Source: an uncultured Gammaproteobacteria bacterium (lineage in GTDB: Bacteria; Patescibacteriota; Microgenomatia; Levybacterales; UBA12049). Taken from it: a DNA stretch of 50,288 nucleotides. Below the pieces are notes generated by a model. It saw only the letters and a list, made by a program, of their open reading frames with translations, was not told the origin of the DNA and did no database searches. This document shows positions 1-10,074 of this stretch, in pieces. Made by a program: the position numbers and the translations under genes. The stretch lies in contig CAZCCG010000003.1 of assembly GCA_964497535.1 (NCBI GenBank), positions 60,436-110,723 of the forward strand, in the 5' to 3' direction. Numbering within the stretch: position 1 is the stretch's first letter; each line of letters begins with the position of its first letter.

Positions 1-150
1 AGATAGGAGGTGTGGGAGATGTACGAGAGGTAGAAGAAAGTAGAAAAAGGTAAAGCGGGTATCAAGGGTAAACAATTGTCAATTTTCATTGAATTCTTCG
101 ACTGAGCTCAGGACAAATTTTCAATGATTCAATGATCAGTGAATTATTGA
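1..150. repeat. Intergenic low-complexity repeats: ~9-nt purine-rich period (1-72), then an imperfect hairpin enclosing CTTCGACTGAGCTCAGGAC (96-114)
   Basis: GAGGTAGAA/AAAGTAGAA/AAAGGTAAA/AAGGGTAAA units; TCATTGAA...TTCAATGA arms around the short palindromic element. Confidence 0.55.
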
Positions 151-206
151 GAAAAAAGAGAGGAAAATCAAAGAATATTCTGGTATAGTGAGGAGACTCA
201 AATAGT

Positions 207-1049
207 ATGGAAGAATTTGTTCCTATCTTATCAAACCAAGAGAAAAAATTAATTAAACCAAAAAATTCCCTTTTTGTTTTAGTTACTGGATTAACTGTGG
301 GACTCGTCCTTTTGATTGGCTATTTCAAGTTTTTTTCAGGATCAAGTCTGCCGCAAAACTTTATCGTTGCGTATCAAGTAGTAGATTCAACAACCAAAGC
401 TATTTTGGGATCGTATAATTTCAATTTTTCACAATTGTCATCATATGGAAAAAACCATGACGTAGAGGGAGCATTAAAACTGATAGCAGACGGCCTTTCT
501 CAAAATATTCAAAATTCTCAACGAATGGGTAAACTTGTAAAAGAAACTGTTGCTTTAAAATCGCAGCAAATTGATAGTTCTAACCAGGCATTGAGTGATA
601 AAGCAGCAAAGCTGTATAGCCTAATTGACCAGCGCAATGCTCATATATCTTCATATCTTTCCAATCAGGAAAAAGTCCTCACAGCGCTTAAGAAATTCTA
701 TGAAGCAGGAGAAGGAGCAAAACTTGAAATCGATATTGATCAGTTGCTTACGCTGATGCAGCAGGATTTTGGTTCTATTAATGAGCTGAATTTTCAGATA
801 GATGCTACATATCAAGATCTTTTAAAGATAGCCGGTGTTAACACAGATGAACAACAGGCAAATGGCGCTTTTATACAATTGCAACTGCGTACAACTCCAG
901 AGATAAAACCAACAGTGCAATATTCGGTTCCAACAATACCCCCAACGCCTACTATAGCCGTGGAAGCTCCAACTGCTACTCCGGCTGCAACTTCTATTCC
1001 GACTCCTGTTTTGACTCTTTCTCCGGCTGCAACTTCTTCAGCCCATTAA
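207..1049 (+). CDS. Membrane-anchored hypothetical protein, helical body with Pro/Thr-rich tail
   Basis: N-terminal TM segment; C-terminal PTPT/TPAAT repeats. Confidence 0.75.
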   Translation: MEEFVPILSNQEKKLIKPKNSLFVLVTGLTVGLVLLIGYFKFFSGSSLPQNFIVAYQVVDSTTKAILGSYNFNFSQLSSYGKNHDVEGALKLIADGLSQNIQNSQRMGKLVKETVALKSQQIDSSNQALSDKAAKLYSLIDQRNAHISSYLSNQEKVLTALKKFYEAGEGAKLEIDIDQLLTLMQQDFGSINELNFQIDATYQDLLKIAGVNTDEQQANGAFIQLQLRTTPEIKPTVQYSVPTIPPTPTIAVEAPTATPAATSIPTPVLTLSPAATSSAH

Positions 1050-1078
1050 TATTGACAGCCCAGTACTTATAATAAAAG

Positions 1079-1113
1079 TTAGCAATTAGCAATTAGCAAT
1101 TAGCAGTTAGAAA
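1079..1113. repeat. Tandem heptamer TTAGCAA x3 plus two degenerate copies
   Basis: TTAGCAA TTAGCAA TTAGCAA TTAGCAG TTAGAAA read directly. Confidence 0.85.
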
Positions 1114-1172
1114 CTTGACAGCAATAAAACCTATCTTCTACTATAGATAGAGGTACTGCATAGTAGGATAAT

Positions 1173-1276
1173 AAAGGAGGTGAAATAATAACAACTAACA
1201 ACTAGCGAATAACTAATAACAATTGTATAAAGAATTTTTGTTGGCAGTTAGATGTTAGCAGTTAGAAGTTGAATAC
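1173..1276 (+). promoter_or_regulatory. Shine-Dalgarno separated from its ATG by an 88-nt periodic hairpin (copy 1)
   Basis: AAAGGAGGTGAAATA, then ~34-nt arms pairing in 5-bp blocks with 2-nt internal loops, then C ATG at 1277; homologous to 37861-37962. Confidence 0.7.
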
Positions 1277-1687
1277 ATGGGTAAAAGTAGAAAAAATACA
1301 ACAGCTCCAAAATCTGGCAGCGCAACATTGTGGATTGCCTTAATTGCTTTGGTTATTGGTTTAGTAGGTGGATTTATGGTTGCCAAAGTAAAATATTCTG
1401 CAAAAATTACGACACTGAGCATTATGTACAACCAGAAAGATGGTCAACTGAATGAGCTGAAAGCTCAGGCTAATCGCATGATGTTACTAAATGGGCAAAT
1501 GTATGTAATGAAGGATGGCCAACTAAGTCCGATGACAGAAGATATGATTTTGACCAACGGTTCCAAAGTGATGAAAAATGGTGAAGTAGTGCTGCCCGGA
1601 GGTAAAACAATGATGATGGGTAACGGTGACTCCATAGGAATGGATGGAACAGTACTGGGACAAAAGATGAAGGGTGTCCAATTTTAA
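1277..1687 (+). CDS. Membrane-anchored protein with Met-rich C-terminal domain (DUF6799-like)
   Basis: TM helix, coiled coil, then MMLLNGQMYVMKDGQLSPMTEDMILTNGSKVMKNG. Confidence 0.65.
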   Translation: MGKSRKNTTAPKSGSATLWIALIALVIGLVGGFMVAKVKYSAKITTLSIMYNQKDGQLNELKAQANRMMLLNGQMYVMKDGQLSPMTEDMILTNGSKVMKNGEVVLPGGKTMMMGNGDSIGMDGTVLGQKMKGVQF

Positions 1688-1744
1688 TACTACCTGCAAT
1701 TTATTTATTCTTAACTACATACGAGTTGGGTGTATAATAGAGGT

Positions 1745-2164
1745 ATGGATGGAGACTATAAATTCGTTGCGATTTTGAATAAAAAGATTGCGCTTGGAAG
1801 ACTTCTGAACGCATTAGGGCATATGACTGCCGGGTTGGCAGGAGGATATGAGAAAACATCCGAGATGAATTTCCTGCGTTACGAAGATAAAGAAGGCGGA
1901 ATCCATCCCAATATTTCCTATTATCCGTTTATAATCCTGAGAGCCGATACCTCCAACCACATCCGTACTGTACGCAATCTCGCAATTGAGAAAGGTATTG
2001 CCTTTACCGATTTCACACATACTATGGTTGAGGGATCGAGTGAGGAACAATTGGAACGAACAAAAAATACATCAGAGGCTGACCTTGAGTATTTTGGTAT
2101 CTGTTTGTTTGGTCAAAGATCTGACGTAGATCCAGTAACTCGTAAATTCTCTCTTTTTAAATAG
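1745..2164 (+). CDS. DUF2000 family protein (PTH2-like fold)
   Basis: [39 protein letters not shown]; ATG 1745 lies just after a TATAAT. Confidence 0.75.
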   Translation: MDGDYKFVAILNKKIALGRLLNALGHMTAGLAGGYEKTSEMNFLRYEDKEGGIHPNISYYPFIILRADTSNHIRTVRNLAIEKGIAFTDFTHTMVEGSSEEQLERTKNTSEADLEYFGICLFGQRSDVDPVTRKFSLFK

Positions 2165-2205
2165 GAGAGCTTGTTCTCTATAATAGATTTGATATCATAC
2201 ATACT

Positions 2206-2610
2206 ATGAGTAATACACATGATTTAAAGACGTTATCCGAAGAGGAATGGAAGAAAAAGCTGACTGCCCAGCAGTACCATGTTTTGCGGGAAAAGGGAAC
2301 AGAAGCACCATTTACAGGACCACTGTTAAATAATCATGAGAGTGGGATGTATGAGTGTGCCGCATGTGGGATTCCACTATTTTCCTCCGACACCAAATTT
2401 GACAGTGATTGTGGCTGGCCGTCTTTTGATAGGCAGTTAAACAAAGAAAACATTATTCTTCAGGATGATTCTTCCCTTGGTATGCATAGAACTGAAGTAT
2501 TGTGTAAAAAATGCGGTGGTCATTTGGGACATCTTTTCAACGACGGTCCCACTCAGACAGGACTCCGCTATTGTATTAATTCAGCCGCCCTCAATTTTCA
2601 TAAACGCTAA
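2206..2610 (+). CDS. msrB: Peptide-methionine (R)-S-oxide reductase
   Basis: [34 protein letters not shown]. Confidence 0.97.
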   Translation: MSNTHDLKTLSEEEWKKKLTAQQYHVLREKGTEAPFTGPLLNNHESGMYECAACGIPLFSSDTKFDSDCGWPSFDRQLNKENIILQDDSSLGMHRTEVLCKKCGGHLGHLFNDGPTQTGLRYCINSAALNFHKR

Positions 2611-2753
2611 CCACGATTTAGTCGGAATATAAAAATACACTGATCCACATTTCTAATATCATAGCAACCATCTTATTGGTATAGTTTGATTTATTGACAT
2701 TTATTATAATTAATGTTAATTTTAATTTAAAGTCAACAAAAATTAATATAAAT

Positions 2754-4187
2754 ATGAATGAAAATAATATAAAGAACTTTTTGGAACTTTCATACGAAAA
2801 ACTTGAAGAAATGAATTTACGTGCAAAAGAGCGTGCCGTAACAGAAGATAGAAAGCTTTTGGAGAAAGAATACCGTAAATATTTAGAAGATGAAAAAAGA
2901 ATAAAGGCAGTAACGCTTTGTTTTTCCGATATTGAAGGTAGATTTCACATGTTGGATTATGATAAAAAGTTTTTATTAGAATCAACCTCTAATCTTACGT
3001 TTGACGGGTCTTCCATTCGGGGATTTACCGCCCAATTTGAATCAGATCTTCGCCTCGATATTGATTGGACCAGTATCCGTTGGCTTCCTTCTGATGTTTT
3101 TGGTCCCGGTAAAGTAATCTTTTTTGCAAATGTATTGGGAAGGGATAGAACGCCATATGAATCAGATTTCCGGGGTGTATTGATGCATTATCTTGCAGAG
3201 TTGGAGAAAAAAGAGGGGATTGTTCCCTATCTATCGGCCGAAGTAGAAGGATTTGTCGTTGATGGAGTTAGTGCTGAACAACGATATACTCAAGAGGCCG
3301 GATTTCATCTGATATCAACCGGTGGTTATTTTCACTCATTGCCACTTGATCCACTGAGACAGTTTATTGATAAAGCTGCGGAAGCACAACGGTCTATGGG
3401 GTTTAAAAATGAAAAAGATCATCCTGAAGTTGCCCCATCGCAATTTGAAATGAATTTTTCTTATACGACAGTACTACGGGCATGTGACCAAATACAACTA
3501 TACAAACTCGTGTGCCGACAGGTTGCCAATAGCATGGGAATGAGCGCAACATTTTTACCAAAGCCGGTAGCAAATATTAACGGATCAGGGATGCATACCA
3601 ACATATCATTATCCAAAAAAGGAAAAAATATCTTTTATGATCCCAAAGGTGTTGATGGATTGTCAAAACCTGCATGGGATTTTATTTATAAAGTATTAAA
3701 CCACGCACCTGAGCTTTGTCTGGTACTCAATTCAAGTGTAAATGCATATCGGCGACTTGATCCACATTTTGAAGCTCCCAATCAAATAAAAGTTTCGGCA
3801 ATTGACCGGGGATCAATGATTCGCATTCCCGTTGCGAATGAAAAAACAGCCCGAATAGAAGTACGGTCAGTCGCGCCAGATGCCAATCCATATCTTGTTA
3901 TCTATTCATTGCTTCGCAGCGGGCTTGAAGGGAAAAGACTCGTAAAAGAAACAGGAAAACGGGATCGATTGAGATTTCTTCCCGGTACTATTAATGATGC
4001 TATTAAGTTATTCAAAGCAAGTGATTTTATGGATAAAATACTCGGGGCAGCCAATACAGAAAAGTATGCCGCTTACAAGCAAACAACAGCAGATAAAAGT
4101 CCGAAAGAACTTGGAGCAATAGTAAAAACATCTGAGATTATCTATCATCATGAAATAACAAACCAAGTATTGTGGAACCTATTTTGA
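2754..4187 (+). CDS. glnA: Glutamine synthetase (type I-like)
   Basis: FDGSSIRGF, HPEVAPSQFE, ATFLPKP..INGSGMH, NAYRRL...FEAP, RIEVRS..PDANPY; TTGACA at 2694. Confidence 0.93.
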   Translation: MNENNIKNFLELSYEKLEEMNLRAKERAVTEDRKLLEKEYRKYLEDEKRIKAVTLCFSDIEGRFHMLDYDKKFLLESTSNLTFDGSSIRGFTAQFESDLRLDIDWTSIRWLPSDVFGPGKVIFFANVLGRDRTPYESDFRGVLMHYLAELEKKEGIVPYLSAEVEGFVVDGVSAEQRYTQEAGFHLISTGGYFHSLPLDPLRQFIDKAAEAQRSMGFKNEKDHPEVAPSQFEMNFSYTTVLRACDQIQLYKLVCRQVANSMGMSATFLPKPVANINGSGMHTNISLSKKGKNIFYDPKGVDGLSKPAWDFIYKVLNHAPELCLVLNSSVNAYRRLDPHFEAPNQIKVSAIDRGSMIRIPVANEKTARIEVRSVAPDANPYLVIYSLLRSGLEGKRLVKETGKRDRLRFLPGTINDAIKLFKASDFMDKILGAANTEKYAAYKQTTADKSPKELGAIVKTSEIIYHHEITNQVLWNLF

Positions 4188-4217
4188 TCCCCCAAAACAG
4201 GTGACAGAGCAGTTAGT

Positions 4218-5543
4218 ATGAAACTTATTATTTATATTGTTGGATTATTAATAGTGGGGATTTTGATCGGTTACAGTTCCTTGTATTTCGCCGGTGCTTC
4301 TTCAGGACCCTTTGACCCCCGTATGATTAACTCAGGAGATACTGCATGGATGCTTGTTTCAACAGCGCTTGTTATGCTGATGACACCTGCTGTCGGGTTC
4401 TTTTATGGAGGAATGGTGCAAAGTAAAAATGTAGTCAGCGTATTAAAGCAATCGATGATGATTCTCTCTCTGGTAAGTCTGCAGTGGATTCTTATTGGAT
4501 ATAGTTTGGTTTTTGGTACCGATATACATGGGGTTATCGGAAATCTGGAATATTTTGCGTTAAGAGGAGTTGGGTTTGCTCCCAATGTGACATATGCTGC
4601 GACAATTCCACATTTAGTATTTATGATTTATCAAGCGATGTTTGCGGTTATTACTCCGGTTCTTATCATCGGAGCTGTGGTTGAGAGAATCCGTTTTAGA
4701 ACGCTTATTATTTTTACTTTATTATGGACAACTCTGGTATACGACCCGATTGGTCATTGGGTTTGGGGGGGCGGAGGATGGTTGCATGCTCTTGGTGCTT
4801 TGGATTTTGCTGGAGGAACCGTTGTCCATGTAAGCGCAGGCTTTTCCGCAATTGCTGCAGCACTACTGGTTGGAAAACGAACGAAAAAGCTTCATGTAAA
4901 TCCGAATAATGTCCCCTTTGTTATTTTAGGAGCAGCATTATTGTGGTTCGGGTGGTTTGGATTTAATGCTGGAAGCGCACTTTCCTCATCTGCGTTGGCA
5001 GCGAATGCATTTGTTGTAACTAATATCGCGGCTGCGGCAGCAGCGCTTACGTGGATGATATTAAGTTTTGCGGAACATAAAAAACCGAGTGCCGTTGCAA
5101 CAGCAACAGGAGCGGTATGTGGATTAGTAGCAATCACCCCCGCAAGCGGATTTGTAGGACCGGTTGCAAGTGTAGCAATTGGGATACTGGCAGGAGTTAT
5201 TACCTATTTGGCTCTTCTTCTTCGAGCGAAACGAATAAAAATAGATGACACACTTGATGTGTGGGCTGCGCATGGTATCGGGGGATTTACCGGCGCAGTC
5301 CTCACCGGTGTTTTTGCTGAAAAAATTATTAATTCTTCGGGACAAAACGGTGCATTATTTGGAAATCCTCATCAGTTATGGATACAACTGGTTGCAGTTT
5401 TGGTTACAGCAGGGTATTCATTTATAGTGACATATATTATCTTAAAAATCCTGAGTATAAAATTAAAGCTTCGAGTTACTCTTCCCGAAGAAAAGCAAGG
5501 ATTAGATTTAGCCGTACATGGAGAGTCAGGATACCGATTGTAA
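4218..5543 (+). CDS. amtB: Ammonium transporter
   Basis: DTAWML.STALVMLMTP, DFAGGTVVH, LLWFGWFGFNAGS, GLVAITPA, IDDTLDV..AHG. Confidence 0.97.
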   Translation: MKLIIYIVGLLIVGILIGYSSLYFAGASSGPFDPRMINSGDTAWMLVSTALVMLMTPAVGFFYGGMVQSKNVVSVLKQSMMILSLVSLQWILIGYSLVFGTDIHGVIGNLEYFALRGVGFAPNVTYAATIPHLVFMIYQAMFAVITPVLIIGAVVERIRFRTLIIFTLLWTTLVYDPIGHWVWGGGGWLHALGALDFAGGTVVHVSAGFSAIAAALLVGKRTKKLHVNPNNVPFVILGAALLWFGWFGFNAGSALSSSALAANAFVVTNIAAAAAALTWMILSFAEHKKPSAVATATGAVCGLVAITPASGFVGPVASVAIGILAGVITYLALLLRAKRIKIDDTLDVWAAHGIGGFTGAVLTGVFAEKIINSSGQNGALFGNPHQLWIQLVAVLVTAGYSFIVTYIILKILSIKLKLRVTLPEEKQGLDLAVHGESGYRL

Positions 5544-5566
5544 TTATGTGTTACAATAGATGAGAA

Positions 5567-6187
5567 ATGAATAAATATATCATGGAGTTTATTGGCACAT
5601 TCTTTTTGACCCTTGTTGTTGCGATGACCGGAAATGCCCTCGCTATTGGAGCAGCTCTTTGTGCTTTAGTTTATATGGGTGGTTATATATCAGGTGGGCA
5701 TTATAATCCCGCAGTAACGATTGCGGTTTGGTTCCGAGGTAAGATTAATACCTATACAGGATTATATTATATAGCAGTGCAGATACTGGGAGCATTTATC
5801 GCTGTCCTTACATCGTACTGGATAACCAAGGCGAAATTTCTGGTTGCTCCTGCAGTTGGGGTAGCACCATATTCCATATTCATTGTTGAATTCCTCTTTA
5901 CATTTGCTCTTGCCAGCGTGGTTCTCAATGTGGCAACCTCCCGGAAAAACGAGAATAACCATTTTTATGGTATCGCAATCGGGACAGTGCTGATGGCCGG
6001 CGTATTTGCAGGAGCAGCAGTTTCAGGCGCGGCGTATAATCCAGCAATAACAATCGGTTCCTGGATTTTCAACTTTGATCAGATTCTTACTGCGCCACTC
6101 AATATAATTCTTTACATAGTTGCTCAACTCCTTGGTGGTTTGGCCGCAGCCTTCGTATACCGCTATACATCTTCAGATAAAAGATAA
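5567..6187 (+). CDS. Aquaporin / MIP family channel
   Basis: Two NPA motifs (SGGHYNPAVT, GAAYNPAIT) and multiple TM segments. Confidence 0.92.
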   Translation: MNKYIMEFIGTFFLTLVVAMTGNALAIGAALCALVYMGGYISGGHYNPAVTIAVWFRGKINTYTGLYYIAVQILGAFIAVLTSYWITKAKFLVAPAVGVAPYSIFIVEFLFTFALASVVLNVATSRKNENNHFYGIAIGTVLMAGVFAGAAVSGAAYNPAITIGSWIFNFDQILTAPLNIILYIVAQLLGGLAAAFVYRYTSSDKR

Positions 6188-6284
6188 TATATAAATATCC
6201 CATCTTGCTGAGCTCCCTATAGCAATTTTGAAGCCTTGACCTTTTCTTTCAGTTATGTATACACTAGAAGTACTCTACAATTGG

Positions 6285-6312
6285 CCTGCCTCGACTTGTG
6301 AGGCAAGGCGGG
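6285..6312 (+). repeat. CCTGCCTCG...CAAGGCGGG palindromic element, intergenic copy
   Basis: Same 9-nt ends as 39860-39895; abuts the SD of the next gene. Confidence 0.7.
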
Positions 6313-6327
6313 AAGGAGGTGGAAAAA

Positions 6328-6555
6328 ATGGATATGAAATTATTACACATGGTAACATTTGTGCTCGTTATTGTCGGAGCGCTGAACTGGGGACTCGTTG
6401 GTCTCTTAAATTTCAACTTGGTGCACGTTCTGCTTGGTGCATCAATGATGCTTGAAAATGTAGTGTATGTATTGGTAGGTCTTTCAGGTCTCTATTTAGC
6501 AGCAACCCACATGAACGATTGCAAAATGTGTGCCGCTAAAGGAAAGAAAAAGTAA
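6328..6555 (+). CDS. DUF378 family small membrane protein
   Basis: LVIVGALNWGLVGLLNFNLV...VYVLVGLSGLY; SD AGGAGGT 7 nt upstream. Confidence 0.85.
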   Translation: MDMKLLHMVTFVLVIVGALNWGLVGLLNFNLVHVLLGASMMLENVVYVLVGLSGLYLAATHMNDCKMCAAKGKKK

Positions 6556-6666
6556 CCCTTGGATTAGAATCCAGACTCAATAATTTTCCTATTCTTATAG
6601 GAAGATTATTGTTTTATAAAACGGATAGTATCTTTACTTTGTATCATCCGTTTGTTTCTATACACT

Positions 6667-8355
6667 ATGCATCTTTTTATAGAACTGAGCATCATTATAG
6701 GAATTGCCGCAGTGATGTCTCTGCTTATGCGGCTGTTGAAGCAACCGCTTATCGTTGGATACATTCTGACGGGTATTGTATGCGGGAGATATTTCTTAAA
6801 TATCCTTACTTCAACTGATGAAGTAGAAGTATTTTCAAAGATTGGTATTGCAATACTTTTGTTTATCCTCGGACTGAATTTAAGCCCGCGTGTTATTCGT
6901 GAAGTAGGAAAAGTGTCTATTCTGGGAGGAATAGGGCAGATTATTTTCACATCTATTATTGGTTTTATTATTGCAATACTGCTTGGGATTCCTCAGATTG
7001 CTGCTTTATACATAGCAATTGCGTTGACATTTAGCAGCACTATTATCGTTTTGAAACTGCTTTCGGATAAAAGAGATCTTACCAAGCTGTATGGAAAAAT
7101 CGCAATTGGGTTTTTACTCGTACAAGATATTGTTGCCAGCCTGATTCTTTTGGCAATTTCGTCTTTTTCCCAATCACATGGTACCAATCTTGTGGATGCT
7201 GCTGCTACAATTATTCTCAAAGCAGTCGGGATTTTCCTCATGTTATATCTTTTCAACCGATTTGTGATGCCCTACGTCAGTAGATATGCCGCAACGTCCC
7301 AGGAAATGTTATTTCTTTTTTCTCTTGCATGGGGACTGGGATTATCTACCTTATTTTATCTGTTCGGTTTCTCCATAGAAATCGGCGCACTGATTGCCGG
7401 AGTTGCATTATCTCTTACCCCTTTTTCTTATGAAATAGCCTCAAGGCTCAAGCCACTGCGTGATTTCTTTATCATTTTATTTTTTATCCTTCTTGGTTCT
7501 CAGATGGTTTTGGGTAATCTGGGGAATTTGTTTGTTCCGGCTCTTGTCTTGTCCATTTTTGTTCTCATTGGTAATCCGTTGATTGCCATTATCATTATGA
7601 ATTTGCTAGGATTTCAAAGGAAAACCGGATATCTTGCCGGAATTACAGTAGCACAAATTAGTGAATTTTCTCTGATTCTTGCAACTCTTGGATTCAACCT
7701 GGGGCAGTTATCTTCAGAAATGCTCTCACTGATTACGTTAGTTGGCCTGATTACTATCGCAGGATCAAGTTATCTCATTTTATATGGAGAATCTTTATAT
7801 CCTCATATTGAACCATATCTTCGATTTATCGAATTTAACAAACGTTCCAAAAGAACCGCCAAAGATGAAATTCATCCTGATATTCTTCTATTTGGATTTG
7901 GGAGAGTGGGGAGACATTACGTACATGCGTTTCGGGCGTTGAAAAAGAACTTTCTAGTTATTGACTATAATCCTATGAGTATTGCAAAACTGCAGCAAGA
8001 ACATATCCCTCATCTGTATGGCGATGCTGATGATATTGAATTTGTCCAAGAGCTTGGGTTACCACATATAAAAATGATGGTTTCAACAATGCCTGATTTC
8101 AAAACGAATATGGGACTTATCCAAAAAGTTAGAGGGGTAAACAACGATGCAATTGTAATTGTAGTTTCCCATACCGTAAAAGAAGCAAAAGAATTTTATA
8201 AAGCGGGTGCTACGTATGTTATTATGCCGCATTATTTAGGTGCGCAATATGCAGTACAAATGATAGAAGAACATGGATTTGATAAAACCAAATTTGACGA
8301 TGCACGGGGAATTCATATGGCTCATCTGAATTTTGAGCACTTTGTACAGGGATAG
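6667..8355 (+). CDS. CPA2 cation:proton antiporter with C-terminal TrkA_N (RCK) domain, Kef-like
   Basis: LKQPLIVGYILTG, FSSTIIVLKLL, LLVQDI, AQISEFS, GFGRVG. Confidence 0.92.
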   Translation: MHLFIELSIIIGIAAVMSLLMRLLKQPLIVGYILTGIVCGRYFLNILTSTDEVEVFSKIGIAILLFILGLNLSPRVIREVGKVSILGGIGQIIFTSIIGFIIAILLGIPQIAALYIAIALTFSSTIIVLKLLSDKRDLTKLYGKIAIGFLLVQDIVASLILLAISSFSQSHGTNLVDAAATIILKAVGIFLMLYLFNRFVMPYVSRYAATSQEMLFLFSLAWGLGLSTLFYLFGFSIEIGALIAGVALSLTPFSYEIASRLKPLRDFFIILFFILLGSQMVLGNLGNLFVPALVLSIFVLIGNPLIAIIIMNLLGFQRKTGYLAGITVAQISEFSLILATLGFNLGQLSSEMLSLITLVGLITIAGSSYLILYGESLYPHIEPYLRFIEFNKRSKRTAKDEIHPDILLFGFGRVGRHYVHAFRALKKNFLVIDYNPMSIAKLQQEHIPHLYGDADDIEFVQELGLPHIKMMVSTMPDFKTNMGLIQKVRGVNNDAIVIVVSHTVKEAKEFYKAGATYVIMPHYLGAQYAVQMIEEHGFDKTKFDDARGIHMAHLNFEHFVQG

Positions 8356-8410
8356 ATATGGAGTGACATCTTTTAAAAGAAAGGTAAAGAAATATAATGG
8401 GTATACATCT

Positions 8411-9067
8411 ATGAATAAAGTAGAACATAAACTTACTTCCTCAATAGTGGTAAAGACGATTGTTTGGGCAGCAGTACTGATACTTCTCATTTTTGGAGCA
8501 TCATATCTAAGTAAAAGCAAACAGTCTATGAATAACTCTTCGTTCCAGCCATCTTCAATAGCAAAAGCAGACCAAAGTAAACCAGAGCTTTATACAAACA
8601 CTACCTATGGATTTACCATTGCTACTCCCAATGGGTGGCACATACGTGAGATTGACAAGACCGGAGCTGCATTTCGTCCGGGTGATAAACCAAATGATTA
8701 TCAATATGAATATATTTCTGTGACAGTAATGGATAAACCGGCTAATCTTACTTCAACGCTTTTTGATCAATATGTGAAGGTTGCAGCGACTTCAGAAATC
8801 CAGAATTATCAAAGTCTTTCAACAATCCAAAAAGTTACTACTGATTCTGGAGTTGTTGGGTACGAAACAACATGGAATGTCTTGCCGATGTATGGAATGG
8901 GAACTACACCAACACCCGGCACAACAGTGTCGTTACCAATTACGTATTTTCCTATGCCTGATGGATCGTTGAAGAAATCTATTCAAGTAAGTTTATCCAA
9001 TAAAGATTATGTAACTACTTATAACCAGATGATTCAGACATTTCACTATACATCAGGGCAGCAGTAA
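8411..9067 (+). CDS. Membrane-anchored extracellular protein, PsbP-like
   Basis: TM anchor, YTNTTYGFTIATPNGW motif, terminal YNQMIQTFHY. Confidence 0.65.
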   Translation: MNKVEHKLTSSIVVKTIVWAAVLILLIFGASYLSKSKQSMNNSSFQPSSIAKADQSKPELYTNTTYGFTIATPNGWHIREIDKTGAAFRPGDKPNDYQYEYISVTVMDKPANLTSTLFDQYVKVAATSEIQNYQSLSTIQKVTTDSGVVGYETTWNVLPMYGMGTTPTPGTTVSLPITYFPMPDGSLKKSIQVSLSNKDYVTTYNQMIQTFHYTSGQQ

Positions 9068-9135
9068 CGTATCACTGTTGGGTTTTAACGAAAACGGACA
9101 GAATAATCTGTCTGTTTTTGTTTATAATAAGCTTT

Positions 9136-9639
9136 ATGAAACAGTACCAAAGAGGATTGGTTATCGGGAGGTTTCAGCCATTTCACAAAGGACATGCATA
9201 CCTTTTGCAAAAAGCATTTGCACTGTGTGACAAACTTGTCATTGGGATTGGGAGTTCTAATATCAGTGATCAAACAAATCCTTTCTCCTATGAGTTTCGG
9301 AAATATATGATCCAATCTTTTTTAGAGCATGAAGGATTAGATCATCAGGTGTTGAAAATAATTCCAATTCCTGACATCCCCAGTGACGAGGAGTGGTTTG
9401 AAATGGTAAAAAAAGAAGTAGGGAATTTTGATATTTACATTGGCAATGACGATTGGACCACGGGAATCATGAAAGATTATGGATACCAATTTCTACGCGT
9501 AGGATTTTTGAAACGGGATATACTTGAAGCGACGCAAATAAGAACTCTTGTTGAAGAGGGGAAACCTTGGGAAGATAGAGTCCCTTCATATTTAATCCAA
9601 CCAATCAAACACTATTTCCAGACAACGAAAGCTCTATAA
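9136..9639 (+). CDS. nadM: Nicotinamide-nucleotide adenylyltransferase (NadM type)
   Basis: IGRFQPFHKGH, IGIGSS, NPFS, ATQIR...WEDRVP. Confidence 0.85.
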   Translation: MKQYQRGLVIGRFQPFHKGHAYLLQKAFALCDKLVIGIGSSNISDQTNPFSYEFRKYMIQSFLEHEGLDHQVLKIIPIPDIPSDEEWFEMVKKEVGNFDIYIGNDDWTTGIMKDYGYQFLRVGFLKRDILEATQIRTLVEEGKPWEDRVPSYLIQPIKHYFQTTKAL

Positions 9640-9643
9640 GCAA

Positions 9644-9925
9644 TTATGCTGCGGGTGGGGGATTATCGTCCAGAGGATATCCTAATTCCTGTGCAGTTAT
9701 ATGTGCCGCAATATCTTCTTGCGGTTGTTTTAATTGACGGTGTAAATTCATATGGACGATATCCTGGGCATCTTCAACGCTGGCTGAGTTCCAGAGTAAT
9801 GCATCCCGTTCTTTTGCGTGTCGTTGATACCGCGCAAGCGGGACTTCCAGATAGGGTACTTGCTGGGGGTTATTTCCTCCTTCTATAACAGTAAAAGGGA
9901 AATGATTTCTTTCTGCGCCGATCAT
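9644..9925 (-). CDS. Hypothetical ORFan
   Basis: Fills the gap; -10-like TACATT shortly before ATG on the minus strand; no motif. Confidence 0.5.
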   Translation of the reverse strand: MIGAERNHFPFTVIEGGNNPQQVPYLEVPLARYQRHAKERDALLWNSASVEDAQDIVHMNLHRQLKQPQEDIAAHITAQELGYPLDDNPPPAA

Positions 9926-9986
9926 ACAAGTAATGTAACAGAAGAGTTTTAAAAACTCTGTAATAAAAGATACAGATTATAATTGC

Positions 9987-10023
9987 ACACACCCGGTGTG
10001 TGGTAGGTAGACACATCAGGATT
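9987..10023 (+). repeat. REP-like palindrome copy 1
   Basis: ACACACCCGGTGTGTGGTAGGTAGACACATCAGGATT. Confidence 0.9.
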
Positions 10024-10074
10024 TGGTAACAAATTCATACTTTTTTTTGTCAAAGATATGAGTATAATAAGATT

